NCBI GenBank assembly: GCA_963704645.1
Contig: OY969926.1
Coordinates: 320,001-384,000 of the forward strand
Reading direction: 5' to 3'
From: an uncultured bacterium
Lineage (GTDB): Bacteria > Patescibacteriota > JACMRA01
Length of the DNA: 64,000 bases
The position numbers were made by a program, and so were the translations under genes. How positions within the stretch are numbered: position 1 is the first letter of the stretch; each line of letters starts with the position of its first letter. Below the pieces are notes generated by a model. That model did not search any database and was not told where the DNA came from. It was given only the letters and a program-made list of their open reading frames with translations. Positions 41,121 to 51,128 of this stretch are shown here, piece by piece.

Positions 41121-43232
41121 ATGCCTCGTCAGACCCCTATAAATAAAACAAGAAATTTTGGAATTATTGCTCATATTGATGCAGGAAAAACTACTTTTAC
41201 AGAACGTGTTCTTTTATACACTGGAAGAACCCATAAAATTGGAGAAGTTCATGAAGGTGCAGCTACTATGGATTGGATGGAACAAGAAAAAGAACGTGGA
41301 ATTACAATTACTTCTGCGGCTACAACTTGTTTCTGGGAAGCCCCAGAATGGGTATACGGAGCAGATAAGAACAGAAAGACAAGATTTAACATCATCGATA
41401 CGCCTGGTCACGTAGATTTTACTGTAGAAGTTGAACGCTCTCTTCGTGTACTTGATGGTGCTATTGCTGTATTCGACGGTGTTGCTGGTGTAGAAAGTCA
41501 AACTGAAACTGTGTGGAGACAGGCTGAAAAATACAATGTTCCAAGAATGTGTTTTATTAACAAATTAGACAGAACCGGAGCAGATTTTTACTACGATATT
41601 CAAACTATTAAGGATAGATTAACAGATAACGCTGTAGTAATGCAACTTCCAATTGGAGCTGAAGACGGTTTTAAAGGAATGATCAATTTGTTAGAAATGA
41701 CAGCCAGCGTTTATTATGACGATATTGGAAATGATATTCGTGAAGAAGAAATTCCTGCAGACATGCTTGAAAAGGCTAAGCAATACCGTGAATTATTGGT
41801 TGAAAAAGTAGCAGAAACAGACGATACATTAAGTAACAAATTTTTAGAAGGTCAAGAAATTAGCATTTTAGAATTAAAGCAAGCTATTCGTGCTGCTACT
41901 ATTAAAAATAACTTACATCCAGTTTTTTGTGGTTCAGCTTTAAAGAACAAAGGTGTTCAGTTAATTTTAGATGCTGTTTGTGAATATCTTCCTTCCCCAT
42001 TAGATATTCCAGAAATTGAAGCTCATGATGTAGACGACGAAGATACAAAAATTTTAATTAAACCTCAGGATGAAGGCCACATGGCCGCTTTAGCTTTCAA
42101 AATTGCTAATGACCAATTTGGAGCTTTAACTTTCTTCCGTGTTTACTCTGGAGTTGTTAAAAAAGGTGACGAACTTTTCAACCCTAGAACAAGAAAAACT
42201 GAAAGAGCTGGTAGAATTGTATTAATGCACTCTAACAACCGTGAAGACGTTGAAGAAGTTTATGCTGGTGAAATTGCCGCCTTCGTAGGTTTGAAAGAAG
42301 CTAGAACAGGAGACACTTTGTGTTCTAAATCCAATCAACTTTTATTAGAAAGTATTAACTTCCCACAACCAGTTATCTCTTTGGCTATTGAGCCAAAAAC
42401 TAAGGCTGACCAAGAAAAAATGGGTACTGCTTTAAGCAAATTAACAGGAGAAGATCCTTCCTTGAGAGTTGAAACCAACGAAGAAACAGGACAGGTTGTA
42501 TTATCTGGAATGGGTGAACTTCATTTAGATATTATTGTTGACCGTTTGAAGCGTGAACATAAAGTTGAAACCAATGTTGGAGCTCCTCAAGTTGCTTACA
42601 AGGAATCTATTAGAAAAGAAATTGAAATTGAAGGTAAGTATGTTCGTCAAAGTGGAGGTAGAGGTCAATTTGGTCACTGCTGGTTAAGAATTAGACCAAA
42701 CGAAAAAGGACTTGGCTTCCAATTCGAAAATAAAGTTGTGGGTGGTGTTATTCCTAAAGAATTTATTCCAGCTATTGGAAAAGGTTGTGAAGAAGTATGC
42801 CAAAACGGTGCTTTGGCTGGTTACCCAGTTTTAGATGTTCATGTTGAAGTTTACGATGGATCATACCATGACGTTGACTCTTCTGAAATGTCATTCAAAA
42901 TGGCCGGTTCTATTGCAATGAAAGAAGGTATTTTGAAGGCCGACCCAGTTCTTCTTGAACCTATTATGAAACTAGAAGTAACAGTTCCAGATGAATACAT
43001 GGGAGACATTATTGGAGATTTAAACGGAAGACGCGGACAAATTAATGGAACCGACAAACGTGGAAAAGCTACAGTAATTAAAGCCGATGTACCTTTAGAA
43101 AACTTGTTTGGTTATATTTCCTCTTTACGTGGAAACACCAAAGGACAAGGAACAGCTTCTATGGTTTTCGGACATTACAGTGAAGTACCAAGAAATATCC
43201 AAGAAAAAATTATTGCAGCTAGAGCTAAGTAG
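41121..43232 (+). CDS. fusA: Elongation factor G
   Basis: [38 protein letters not shown]. Confidence 0.98.
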   Translation: MPRQTPINKTRNFGIIAHIDAGKTTFTERVLLYTGRTHKIGEVHEGAATMDWMEQEKERGITITSAATTCFWEAPEWVYGADKNRKTRFNIIDTPGHVDFTVEVERSLRVLDGAIAVFDGVAGVESQTETVWRQAEKYNVPRMCFINKLDRTGADFYYDIQTIKDRLTDNAVVMQLPIGAEDGFKGMINLLEMTASVYYDDIGNDIREEEIPADMLEKAKQYRELLVEKVAETDDTLSNKFLEGQEISILELKQAIRAATIKNNLHPVFCGSALKNKGVQLILDAVCEYLPSPLDIPEIEAHDVDDEDTKILIKPQDEGHMAALAFKIANDQFGALTFFRVYSGVVKKGDELFNPRTRKTERAGRIVLMHSNNREDVEEVYAGEIAAFVGLKEARTGDTLCSKSNQLLLESINFPQPVISLAIEPKTKADQEKMGTALSKLTGEDPSLRVETNEETGQVVLSGMGELHLDIIVDRLKREHKVETNVGAPQVAYKESIRKEIEIEGKYVRQSGGRGQFGHCWLRIRPNEKGLGFQFENKVVGGVIPKEFIPAIGKGCEEVCQNGALAGYPVLDVHVEVYDGSYHDVDSSEMSFKMAGSIAMKEGILKADPVLLEPIMKLEVTVPDEYMGDIIGDLNGRRGQINGTDKRGKATVIKADVPLENLFGYISSLRGNTKGQGTASMVFGHYSEVPRNIQEKIIAARAK

Positions 43233-43263
43233 TAATTACTTACCCTGTAGTTAGTAACAGTTT

Positions 43264-43289
43264 CCCTCCTCACGGAGGGTTTTTGTTTT
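43264..43289 (+). terminator. Intrinsic terminator after fusA
   Basis: CCCTCC-TCAC-GGAGGG-TTTTTGTTTT. Confidence 0.85.
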
Positions 43290-43392
43290 GGGGAAATAAT
43301 GTAAATATTTTTTTGTTTTTAGTAGAGTATTTTTGACTAATTAAATAATATATGCCTATGTTAAGTGGTATTGAGTATAAATTTTCGTACAA

Positions 43393-44091
43393 TTGGAGAT
43401 AATAATGAGTTACATTAGAAGATTAAATGTTGGTTTTGCACTAATTATGGCAGTAATTTCTATGTGTCTTACTATAGCCTGCACGCCAACAAATTCTGTA
43501 CAACAGCAATCAACACCTACTCCGCAAGTTCAAACTCAGCAGATGTTGTTTGATGGAAAAAGCTATTTTCCACTGGTAGAAAACTTTGTTCAAAATATCG
43601 GCAAAGGTGATAGTTGGGAACAGTCAGCAAAAAAGACGGAGACTAAGAAAGGAGCTACACTATCTGTTGATGTAGAAAATACTTCTACTTCTTATACCAC
43701 TAAACTTGTCGGGGAAAATAATCCTAAAATGATTTATTTCTTTTTGGTTCACCCAGACGGCAAAATTGGCGGAGAGAATAATGTGACTGGAGCAATTCAG
43801 CTTGATCTTGCAAATGCTACTACTGTAGATGGTAAGATTAGAGTTCCTTGTGCTTTTAGCAATTTGGATAGGAATACCTGGGAGTTTAACTTAAACTTAA
43901 AACTTCAAGGCTACAGTGGTAAAAACACAAGTCCAATAGCTGCTCAAAACGATGAGTTTACTCCATCGGAACTGTCTTTAAAATCTTTCCGGGGCAATCA
44001 AACTTATATTGAGTTACTTGTTGTGAATGGCGACGTAACACCCTCTGATATAACTAGATTGGAAATGGTAACTTCTCCTGCCATTTGGTAA
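43393..44091 (+). CDS. Hypothetical exported protein, possible lipoprotein
   Basis: Signal peptide with TIAC lipobox-like site and Q/T/P linker; start probably ATG 43405. Confidence 0.55.
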   Translation: MEIIMSYIRRLNVGFALIMAVISMCLTIACTPTNSVQQQSTPTPQVQTQQMLFDGKSYFPLVENFVQNIGKGDSWEQSAKKTETKKGATLSVDVENTSTSYTTKLVGENNPKMIYFFLVHPDGKIGGENNVTGAIQLDLANATTVDGKIRVPCAFSNLDRNTWEFNLNLKLQGYSGKNTSPIAAQNDEFTPSELSLKSFRGNQTYIELLVVNGDVTPSDITRLEMVTSPAIW

Positions 44092-44142
44092 ATTTTTTAA
44101 CCAATATTACTTTCCCAATAACAAAATTTTGGGAGATTTTTT

Positions 44143-45501
44143 TTATGCCAAATATTTTAAAATTAACTTATTAACTAATTTGGTTTCTTTGGCTGGACCT
44201 ACTGTGGTTAAAGACATTCGGCTTGGCACAAATAAGTCTAGAGCTAATGATCTTAAGCTTGCTGCGTCTACTTTATCTATTTTATTTAACAAATCTTGCA
44301 ATTCAAAAGTTAAACCTGAACCCACTAAATAGTTAATTTGCCAAATGGTTGAAGCTAATAAGTCTTCTTGTTCCAAAATTAATCTTCCTTTCAGATATTC
44401 CTTAGCTTTGGAAAGTTCGTTAATTGAAACTGTTGTTTTCTTAAGGGCTTCTAAGGCGCTGAAAACGCTTTCTAAGGCAAAAGTGAATTGGTTATTTTCG
44501 CATAAACCAGCAATTTGTAAGAAGCCCGTAGTTCTAAATAATTTAACACTACTTTCTATGGTTTGAAAGAAAAATTCTTCTTCTACAGTTTTAGTCCATA
44601 ATCTGGAAGATTGACCTTGTCCTAGAATGGCACTTAAAACTAATAACTTAGACCAATCAGTAAGAACTTCTTCTTGCATTTGTTTTGGGTCAATGTTGTC
44701 ATCATCGGTAGAGTTTCTTAAAGCCTCTGGTTGTAAACCGCCTTCTAAAATAAAAGCTAAGCTAACTTCGGTGTGACCAATTCCGCGCTGTCTGTATGTA
44801 ATTCTTGGAAAAGTGCTGGTGTCTACTTGGCTTAAATCTTCGGTTTCAATATATTTCCTAGTTTTTGGGTTCCAAAAATTCCATTCCTGTTCGGTTAATT
44901 CTAAACTAGTTTTAGAGTCGAAATTCCCGGCTAGTACTAAAAAGCATTTATTAGGCGAATATTGATGAGCTAAATAGTTTTGTATAGTTTCTTGGCTAAT
45001 AGATAAAACGGTGTCTACAGTTCCTTCTATGGCTTCACCAAGGCCAGTGTTGTTGTATAAACTTCCAAGTGAAAGTCTTTCTGGGTCTGGCTGGCTATTT
45101 TCTTCTAGGTTTTTTACAGTATCAACCTGCTTTCGTTTATAATTTTCTAAGTCGTAAGTATCAAAATATGAATTCTGCATTACTTCTGCTAGCATTGAAA
45201 TAGCTTTATGTTGATGATAGCTTGGAACTGTTAAATAGAATTGAGTTAATTCAAAAGAAGTTAAGCTTTGAAATTGTCCGCCCATGCCTTCTAAAGCCAA
45301 ATTCAAACTTTTGGTGGAAGGGTGTTTATCGGTGCCAGACCAAAACATTTTTTCTACAATTAAACTGGTTCCTTGTGGAAAGTGATTGAATTCAGATAAA
45401 CTGCCTGTTAAGGCCACAAAACCAACTAAAAATGCGCTGCTACTTGGCCGAGGTAAACGCAAAACTGTTATTCCATTTTTTAATATTATAGGTTTTAGCA
45501 T
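44143..45501 (-). CDS. M16 (pitrilysin/insulinase) family protein lacking the HxxEH motif
   Basis: QGTSLIVEKMFWSGTDK aligns to G-x-AHFLEHM-FKGT; ILGQGQSSRLW; ELSKAKEYLKG. Confidence 0.82.
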   Translation of the reverse strand: MLKPIILKNGITVLRLPRPSSSAFLVGFVALTGSLSEFNHFPQGTSLIVEKMFWSGTDKHPSTKSLNLALEGMGGQFQSLTSFELTQFYLTVPSYHQHKAISMLAEVMQNSYFDTYDLENYKRKQVDTVKNLEENSQPDPERLSLGSLYNNTGLGEAIEGTVDTVLSISQETIQNYLAHQYSPNKCFLVLAGNFDSKTSLELTEQEWNFWNPKTRKYIETEDLSQVDTSTFPRITYRQRGIGHTEVSLAFILEGGLQPEALRNSTDDDNIDPKQMQEEVLTDWSKLLVLSAILGQGQSSRLWTKTVEEEFFFQTIESSVKLFRTTGFLQIAGLCENNQFTFALESVFSALEALKKTTVSINELSKAKEYLKGRLILEQEDLLASTIWQINYLVGSGLTFELQDLLNKIDKVDAASLRSLALDLFVPSRMSLTTVGPAKETKLVNKLILKYLA

Positions 45502-45601
45502 TTTAATGTCTTTACAAAGCTAAATTTTGCCTTTACGGTAAGCTTTGTCAACCAGCTATGAAAAGCCCAGTAAACATTTATAGATAATTAAAACCAACAC
45601 C

Positions 45602-46279
45602 GTGTCCACAGATAACTTAGAACATAACCTTCAGCTAGAAGATGCTATAATTCCAATATATAAGCCTGTTGGTTTAAGCTCATTTAAAGCTTTGTCTTTG
45701 TTTAAAAGAACATATAAATTAAAAAAGGTTGGGCACGCCGGAACCTTAGATCCGCTGGCTGAAGGTTTGTTAATTTTAGCTACAGGTAAAGCTACAAAGC
45801 AAATTAGCCAAATACAAGATCTAACTAAAAATTATATTGCAAAAATTAGGCTAGGGGCTGTTACAGCTTCTTTTGACCGTGAATTTGAAGAGGAAAATGT
45901 CACTTCAGTCGACCATTTGTCGGAATTCCAAATTAATACCGCTTTACAGACTTTTGTAGGGAAAATTCAGCAAACACCACCCGCTTTTTCCGCTGTAAAA
46001 ATTAATGGCAAACGGGCTTATAAATTAGCTAGGGCTGGTTTGGAAGTAGAAATAAAGCCTAGAGAAATTGAAATTTATTCTATAAGAATTATTAGTTTTG
46101 AATCTGCACAAAATTTTGATGTAGAAATTATTTGCTCTAAAGGCACTTACATCCGGTCTTTAGCCAGAGATTTGGGTTTGAAGTTGGAAGTAGGTGGATA
46201 TTTAAAAGCTTTGCAAAGGGTTAGTATTGGCAATTACCACATTAACCAGGCTATGCATCTAAACTTGAACCAGATTTAA
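45602..46279 (+). CDS. truB: tRNA pseudouridine(55) synthase TruB
   Basis: KVGHAGTLDPLAEG, QTPPAFSAVKINGKRAY, CSKGTYIRSL. Confidence 0.96.
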   Translation: MSTDNLEHNLQLEDAIIPIYKPVGLSSFKALSLFKRTYKLKKVGHAGTLDPLAEGLLILATGKATKQISQIQDLTKNYIAKIRLGAVTASFDREFEEENVTSVDHLSEFQINTALQTFVGKIQQTPPAFSAVKINGKRAYKLARAGLEVEIKPREIEIYSIRIISFESAQNFDVEIICSKGTYIRSLARDLGLKLEVGGYLKALQRVSIGNYHINQAMHLNLNQI

Positions 46280-47696
46280 ACTTTTTTAAAATTAATAAGT
46301 TTTCTAAATGTGGAGTTTGAGGGTATAAATCAAAACCCTGTTGGCTAATAATTTCGTAGTTGGTTAACAAAAGTGAAACATCTCTTGCTTGGGTGAATGG
46401 GTTGCAGCTTAAATAGACAATAATTTCGGGCAAAGTTTCCAACAACTTATCCACAACTTTTCCTTGAAGACCACTTCTCGGTGGGTCAATAATTACAACA
46501 TCTTCATCTCCAATTGCTTCTAAAGTTTTTTCTGTTGCACCTTCCCAAATTTCTAATTTAGAAACATCTAGGCCATTGTTTTTAGCATTTAATATTGTTA
46601 ATTCTTTACTTTTTAAACTAATCTCTACCATTTTTACTTTAGAAAATAAATCAATAACCGATAGGCCAATAGTTCCAACACCAGAGTACAAATCTGAAGC
46701 CACAAGAGGCATTTTTCCCTTAAAATAAGTTTCTGTAACCTGCTTAATTTCGTTTTTAAGTGTGGTCATTGTCTTCTCAAATTCAGCTATATTTATTTGG
46801 AAGAAATTATCTATGCCAAATTCAAAGTTTAAGTTTAAAAGCTTTTCAACTAAAGTAGTTTTGCCCGCACTAGCAAGCTCTTTTGTAACAATAGATGCTG
46901 GGCTTAAAGGTGAAGAGAAGGCTACTTTTAGGCCAATTAAAATTGAGTCAATTAATGGTAAAATTTCGGCTGAATTTATTTCAACTGTTTCGTCTTTAAT
47001 AAACAATGTAGCCATAACTTGGCCTTGTAAATTAGATCTTAAAAGAACAGTTTTTAGTTGAAACCCACCAAGCTTTTTGGAATTCACCCAATTTAAAATT
47101 TTAGCTGCGGCGATGTCTAAATTTTTATGAATTAAACAACAGCTTTGTACAGGAATTTTACCAAAATGGCTTCCCCTTTTGAAGAAAGATAGACTTGTTT
47201 CTTCAGTAGCCTTGTCTGTGTAAAAACTATATTCCACCTTGTTTCTGTAATTCCATCTATTTTCTTCCCCACAGGCCTCAAATTTTAAATTATTTAATTT
47301 TATATCGTAATTTTTAAAGGCTTTTTCTAGCAAATCTTTTTTGGTGTTATACTGTTCGTCGTAGTTTAAAATTTGCCATGGAGAACAAGAAGTAAAGTGA
47401 TTCTCTCTTGGTTCTAGCCTATTTTTAGACTGGTTGCTTATAGTTACGGCATTACCAAAAATATCTTTTCTTTTTATGTTGTGAATTTCAGCTTCTACAG
47501 TTTCACCTGGTAAAGCGTTTAAGATAAAATATCTATTTTTTAGGTTATTCTGCTCTGCTGTTTGTTGAGCAGGAGTTGGATTTAGTATTGGCTCTACCTT
47601 CGGGCTTATCTTGCCAATTCCATAGCCTTGTTCATCTAATTCAGTAATTGTAACGGTTTGATTTGGAAATGTTCTTTTCATAATTTGGTTGTACAA
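46251..47696 (-). CDS. RNA (uracil-C5)-methyltransferase, RlmD/TrmA family
   Basis: YRNKVE, FFQIN, DLYSGVGTIG, IDPPRSG, YLSCNP, PQTPHLE. Confidence 0.9.
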   Translation of the reverse strand: MYNQIMKRTFPNQTVTITELDEQGYGIGKISPKVEPILNPTPAQQTAEQNNLKNRYFILNALPGETVEAEIHNIKRKDIFGNAVTISNQSKNRLEPRENHFTSCSPWQILNYDEQYNTKKDLLEKAFKNYDIKLNNLKFEACGEENRWNYRNKVEYSFYTDKATEETSLSFFKRGSHFGKIPVQSCCLIHKNLDIAAAKILNWVNSKKLGGFQLKTVLLRSNLQGQVMATLFIKDETVEINSAEILPLIDSILIGLKVAFSSPLSPASIVTKELASAGKTTLVEKLLNLNFEFGIDNFFQINIAEFEKTMTTLKNEIKQVTETYFKGKMPLVASDLYSGVGTIGLSVIDLFSKVKMVEISLKSKELTILNAKNNGLDVSKLEIWEGATEKTLEAIGDEDVVIIDPPRSGLQGKVVDKLLETLPEIIVYLSCNPFTQARDVSLLLTNYEIISQQGFDLYPQTPHLENLLILKKFKSGSSLDA

Positions 47697-47887
47697 ACTA
47701 TTTTGAAAGATAGCAATAAAATTAAGTTTTTGTTCTGTGGATTATACTTTCTTAATATTTATTAAGCTGTCACTTCTGGATCGATGGGTAAAAGCTAGAT
47801 TTGCCATATAGTTTAGTCATTTTTTATTATTGCAGAGACTAACTGAATTTTGACAAAGTGGCTGAATTAGGATAATTCAAGATTATT

Positions 47888-49315
47888 ATGCCAGATGCTA
47901 TAAATTCTAAAGATAATAATAAATCTGTTAATTCTTCTAATAATTCAAGACCAAACTCATTTGATTTCCCTAACAATAAAAAGCCAAAAGAAGGTAAAAA
48001 TTTCTTCCAAAAAGTTGGCGATTTCTTTAGATTAATTGGAATTTTAATCATTTTAATTTTATTAGCAGTTAGTTCTTTGTTTGCATTTTTGGTAATTAAT
48101 CCTGATCATGAATTTAGTAAATGGATAGTAAATAACACTCCAATTAACCGTATTTTGGGTTTAAATACAAATAAATCAGACGACAAGAAAACTGAACCTG
48201 CTGCAATTAATAATTTGCTTGGGTTAAATAATGACAATCAAAAATACGCTTTCGCCCCTGAAACTTCTACTAAAAGCACAACTGCAGTTGTTAATGAAGT
48301 TCTACCTTCGGTAGTTTCAATTTTGGTAAAGTCTAAGAGTACAGCAAGTAATGGTTCTGTTTTTGCTGGAACTGGTTACATTGTAGATAACACCGGACTA
48401 GTTGTAACGAACAAACACGTTATTGCTTCAACTTGTGGCTTGTCTAATGCTTCGGCAACAATTATGGCGGTAACTTATGACCAAAAAGCTGTACCGCTAA
48501 CTTTGCAAAGCGTTGATCCAATAAACGATATCGCTATTTTAAAAATGAGTAATGCGCCAACTAATTTAACTCCGGTTAAGTTTGCAGACAGTAACCAATT
48601 ACAACTTGGAGCTGAAGTTATAGCTATTGGAAACGCACTGGGTGAATTAGACAACACTGTTACTAAAGGTATTATTTCTGGTTTAAATAGAAACTTAGAT
48701 TACCCAGATTTAGACACTTGTACAGGCAAAAAAGTTAATACAAATGGTTTAATTCAAACTGATGCAGCTATAAATAAAGGCAATTCTGGCGGTCCACTTT
48801 TCGATTCTTTTGGAAGGCTTGTAGCGATGAATACTTTTGGTGCTACAGAAGGTGAAAACATAGGGTTAGCAATTCCTTCTAACTTAATTAAATCTGGTTT
48901 AGAAAGTTTTTCTAAGAACAACAAAATTTCTAGGGCCAGACTTGGTGTAACTAGCCAAAGCATTGACCCATTTACTAAGCAAGCCTACGAACTACCTTTA
49001 GATTACGGAGAGATTATTTTAGCAAGTAGTAATATAGTGCCAGCTATAGCAAGTGGTTCAGCTGCAGAAAAAGCTGGATTAAAAGAGGGTGATATTATTT
49101 TAGAAATAAATGGAGAAAAACTAGTTTCTAGTAATTCAAACCCAGCACCACTTCGCAGAGCTTTAAGTTCTTTAGAACCGAACACAAAAATTACTTTAAC
49201 TGTTTTGAAAGTTAAAACAAGGAACGCCAATATATTTAGCTATCAGGAAAATTCTGAAAAAATAGAAATAACTTTAGGCGAAGTTAGTGTAGATTTAGCT
49301 AATCCGCAGAAGTAG
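47888..49315 (+). CDS. htrA: HtrA/DegP-like membrane-anchored serine protease with PDZ domain
   Basis: TNKHV, DIAIL, QTDAAINKGNSGGP, SAAEKAGLKEGD. Confidence 0.93.
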   Translation: MPDAINSKDNNKSVNSSNNSRPNSFDFPNNKKPKEGKNFFQKVGDFFRLIGILIILILLAVSSLFAFLVINPDHEFSKWIVNNTPINRILGLNTNKSDDKKTEPAAINNLLGLNNDNQKYAFAPETSTKSTTAVVNEVLPSVVSILVKSKSTASNGSVFAGTGYIVDNTGLVVTNKHVIASTCGLSNASATIMAVTYDQKAVPLTLQSVDPINDIAILKMSNAPTNLTPVKFADSNQLQLGAEVIAIGNALGELDNTVTKGIISGLNRNLDYPDLDTCTGKKVNTNGLIQTDAAINKGNSGGPLFDSFGRLVAMNTFGATEGENIGLAIPSNLIKSGLESFSKNNKISRARLGVTSQSIDPFTKQAYELPLDYGEIILASSNIVPAIASGSAAEKAGLKEGDIILEINGEKLVSSNSNPAPLRRALSSLEPNTKITLTVLKVKTRNANIFSYQENSEKIEITLGEVSVDLANPQK

Positions 49316-49349
49316 TAAAACAAAATATCCCCCTTTAGGGAGGATTATC

Positions 49350-49379
49350 TTGAAAATAGCCAATTGTATATGATACAAT
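49350..49379 (+). promoter_or_regulatory. Sigma70-type promoter reading into an ORF-free structured region
   Basis: TTGAAA-18 bp-TACAAT with extended -10 TG, just after the hairpin ATCCCCCT-TT-AGGGAGGAT (49327-49345) that ends htrA. Confidence 0.6.
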
Positions 49380-49860
49380 GGCAGGGTGGTAAATTTTGCT
49401 TTACTATGCTAGCTAGATATTTCTAGCAAATTCAAATTCAGTTCATCTTTAGACTAACTGACAAGTCTTGTCCAAGTTTACAACTAACACAATAAAGATT
49501 ATGTGAAAGTTTTAGGTTAATCCTAGAGCACAAGGTGAAAAAGTGCTTTTAGTAAACTTGCTCGAGAGGTCCAGTAACTCGTTAGTTACGGCAATTGCTT
49601 TATAATTAGAATGAGTAAATCGATACTAATTGCAAAGCAAACTTTTTCTAGTTTTAAATCTAAAAAATAATTACTTTGTTTAGCAAAGTAACAACCCCGA
49701 TGGTTATTGGCCATGTAGACCGATTATTGGTATGCTCCAACCAGCTTGATTCGTGTGTTGTGTAAGCCCGTGCTACACTATCAATACAACCTATAGAATC
49801 ATCTAAGTTGTATTCAATTAATAGCATCAAATTTGCTCTTCGTCAAATTACTATTTCCAA
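49380..49860 (+). ncRNA. Putative large structured ncRNA (~480 nt), family unassigned
   Basis: No ORF of 60 aa or more; more than 10 stems, a multibranch domain closed by CAAGTTTAC/GTAAACTTG, complementary 5' and 3' ends, G-U pairs favouring the + strand, upstream promoter. Confidence 0.6.
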
Positions 49861-49982
49861 TGTTTTGTGTTGAAGTGGTGCATCCCTTCCCAACAAGTAT
49901 AACATCAAACTGCTTTATCAAATATATACTTTTGGGCTGGCAAGTTTTGTCATGGTATATTTACCATGTTGAATTAAATAGC

Positions 49983-50819
49983 TTAAAGACCCACACTTTC
50001 GTTTCTTTTTAATCCTAGTTTTAGTATTAACTTAGACAAAAAGTACAACACCAAGCACCAAAATATTCCTCCTAAAAATACGTAGATTGTTTCAAGCCAG
50101 GTATATTTTCCAAGGTAAACTTGCATTGGGTGATAAACTATAAAAGACCAAGGTAAAATCTGTAAAGAAGTTCTTAGCCAGTCTAAGGTAATTAAATTAT
50201 AAGGGAAAATTACACCCAAAATTAAGGGTACCATGTTTTCATATAAATTGGCTTGTCCGTAAATTGTAACCGTCCAAAAAGATGTTAGGCCAAGTATAAA
50301 AGCTATAAAATATCTAATTAAAATTGCCACACCAACAAGTAAAATCAATAAAAATATATTTAGTGGGTTAAAATTTAAAACTAATTTATCTGGAATTAAA
50401 AAGAAAAGCGGGAAAAGAATAATTGTATAATAAATAAAAATTCTTAAGGTAAAACCTGTTGTTATGAAAAAATTGTATGTAAGTAGTGAAATTGGTAAAA
50501 TTAAACTTTTAGCAATACTTCCATGCTCAATACTACCGCCCAAAGACCAGTAAATTGTGTTGGTTGTAATAACAAAAAGAATTACTCCTAAAATTAAGTT
50601 GGTAATAATTTCAGATGAACTATTGGTATAATTCCAAATTAAAACAGCCGAATAAATACTAACTGTTTGGCCTAGAAAATGTAGCAAATTGTTTACGAAA
50701 TATTTCCCATCCACTTTATAAAAATATTTCACAACATACCACCACTTGTAATTTTTACCCAAAAGTTTTTCCAGAAAGGTAGTCGTTGTATTCATATTTA
50801 ATTCTATTTTTAACTTCAT
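49983..50819 (-). CDS. ABC-2 family (DUF990-like) transporter permease
   Basis: IEHGSIAKSLILP, LTSFW, GVIFP, LPW...YHPMQVYLG; C-terminal GLKRNESVG. Confidence 0.8.
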   Translation of the reverse strand: MKLKIELNMNTTTTFLEKLLGKNYKWWYVVKYFYKVDGKYFVNNLLHFLGQTVSIYSAVLIWNYTNSSSEIITNLILGVILFVITTNTIYWSLGGSIEHGSIAKSLILPISLLTYNFFITTGFTLRIFIYYTIILFPLFFLIPDKLVLNFNPLNIFLLILLVGVAILIRYFIAFILGLTSFWTVTIYGQANLYENMVPLILGVIFPYNLITLDWLRTSLQILPWSFIVYHPMQVYLGKYTWLETIYVFLGGIFWCLVLYFLSKLILKLGLKRNESVGL

Positions 50820-51035
50820 TTATAAAGTAAAACGTGTAAAGTTATAGGTCTCATGCTTCCTAAAATTTGCTTTGTTGCATTGAAATTCTACAAACTTTAA
50901 ATTGATTGTCGAGTATACTCTATTGTTAGAATAACAATCCGGTTTGGATATTCCTGTTGAAATTAATGGCTATCCTCTACAAGATATACACTATAAAATT
51001 CACTACTGGATATTTGTTTCAGTGTGTTAATCAGT

Positions 51036-51065
51036 CTAGACTCTGAAACGAGTTCGGAGTGGCAG
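51036..51065 (+). repeat. Palindromic repeat family A, short copy with compensatory changes
   Basis: CTAGACTCTGAAACGAGTTCGGAGTGGCAG. Confidence 0.7.
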
Positions 51066-51128
51066 GCTCACCACACTAATTTAAATGAGCAACTTGCTCA
51101 AAAAGCTAATTCTAAATATTCAATTTTC

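Noticed and set aside
49380-49860. tmRNA, group I intron or OLE identity for the structured region
   Set aside because: GCTCCAACCA and CATGTAG recall a tmRNA 3' end, but there is no T-arm, no GGGG 5' end and no Ala-rich tag frame. CAGTTCA...AGACTA recalls a group I R element, but no TAGTC partner follows and no host gene is interrupted. Two 8-mers resembling OLE on the minus strand are in the wrong order.
12660-51065. Family A repeats as a CRISPR array or integron attC sites
   Set aside because: They are dispersed kilobases apart in both orientations with no regular spacers, no cas or intI gene, and no proper RYYYAAC/GTTRRRY core pair.
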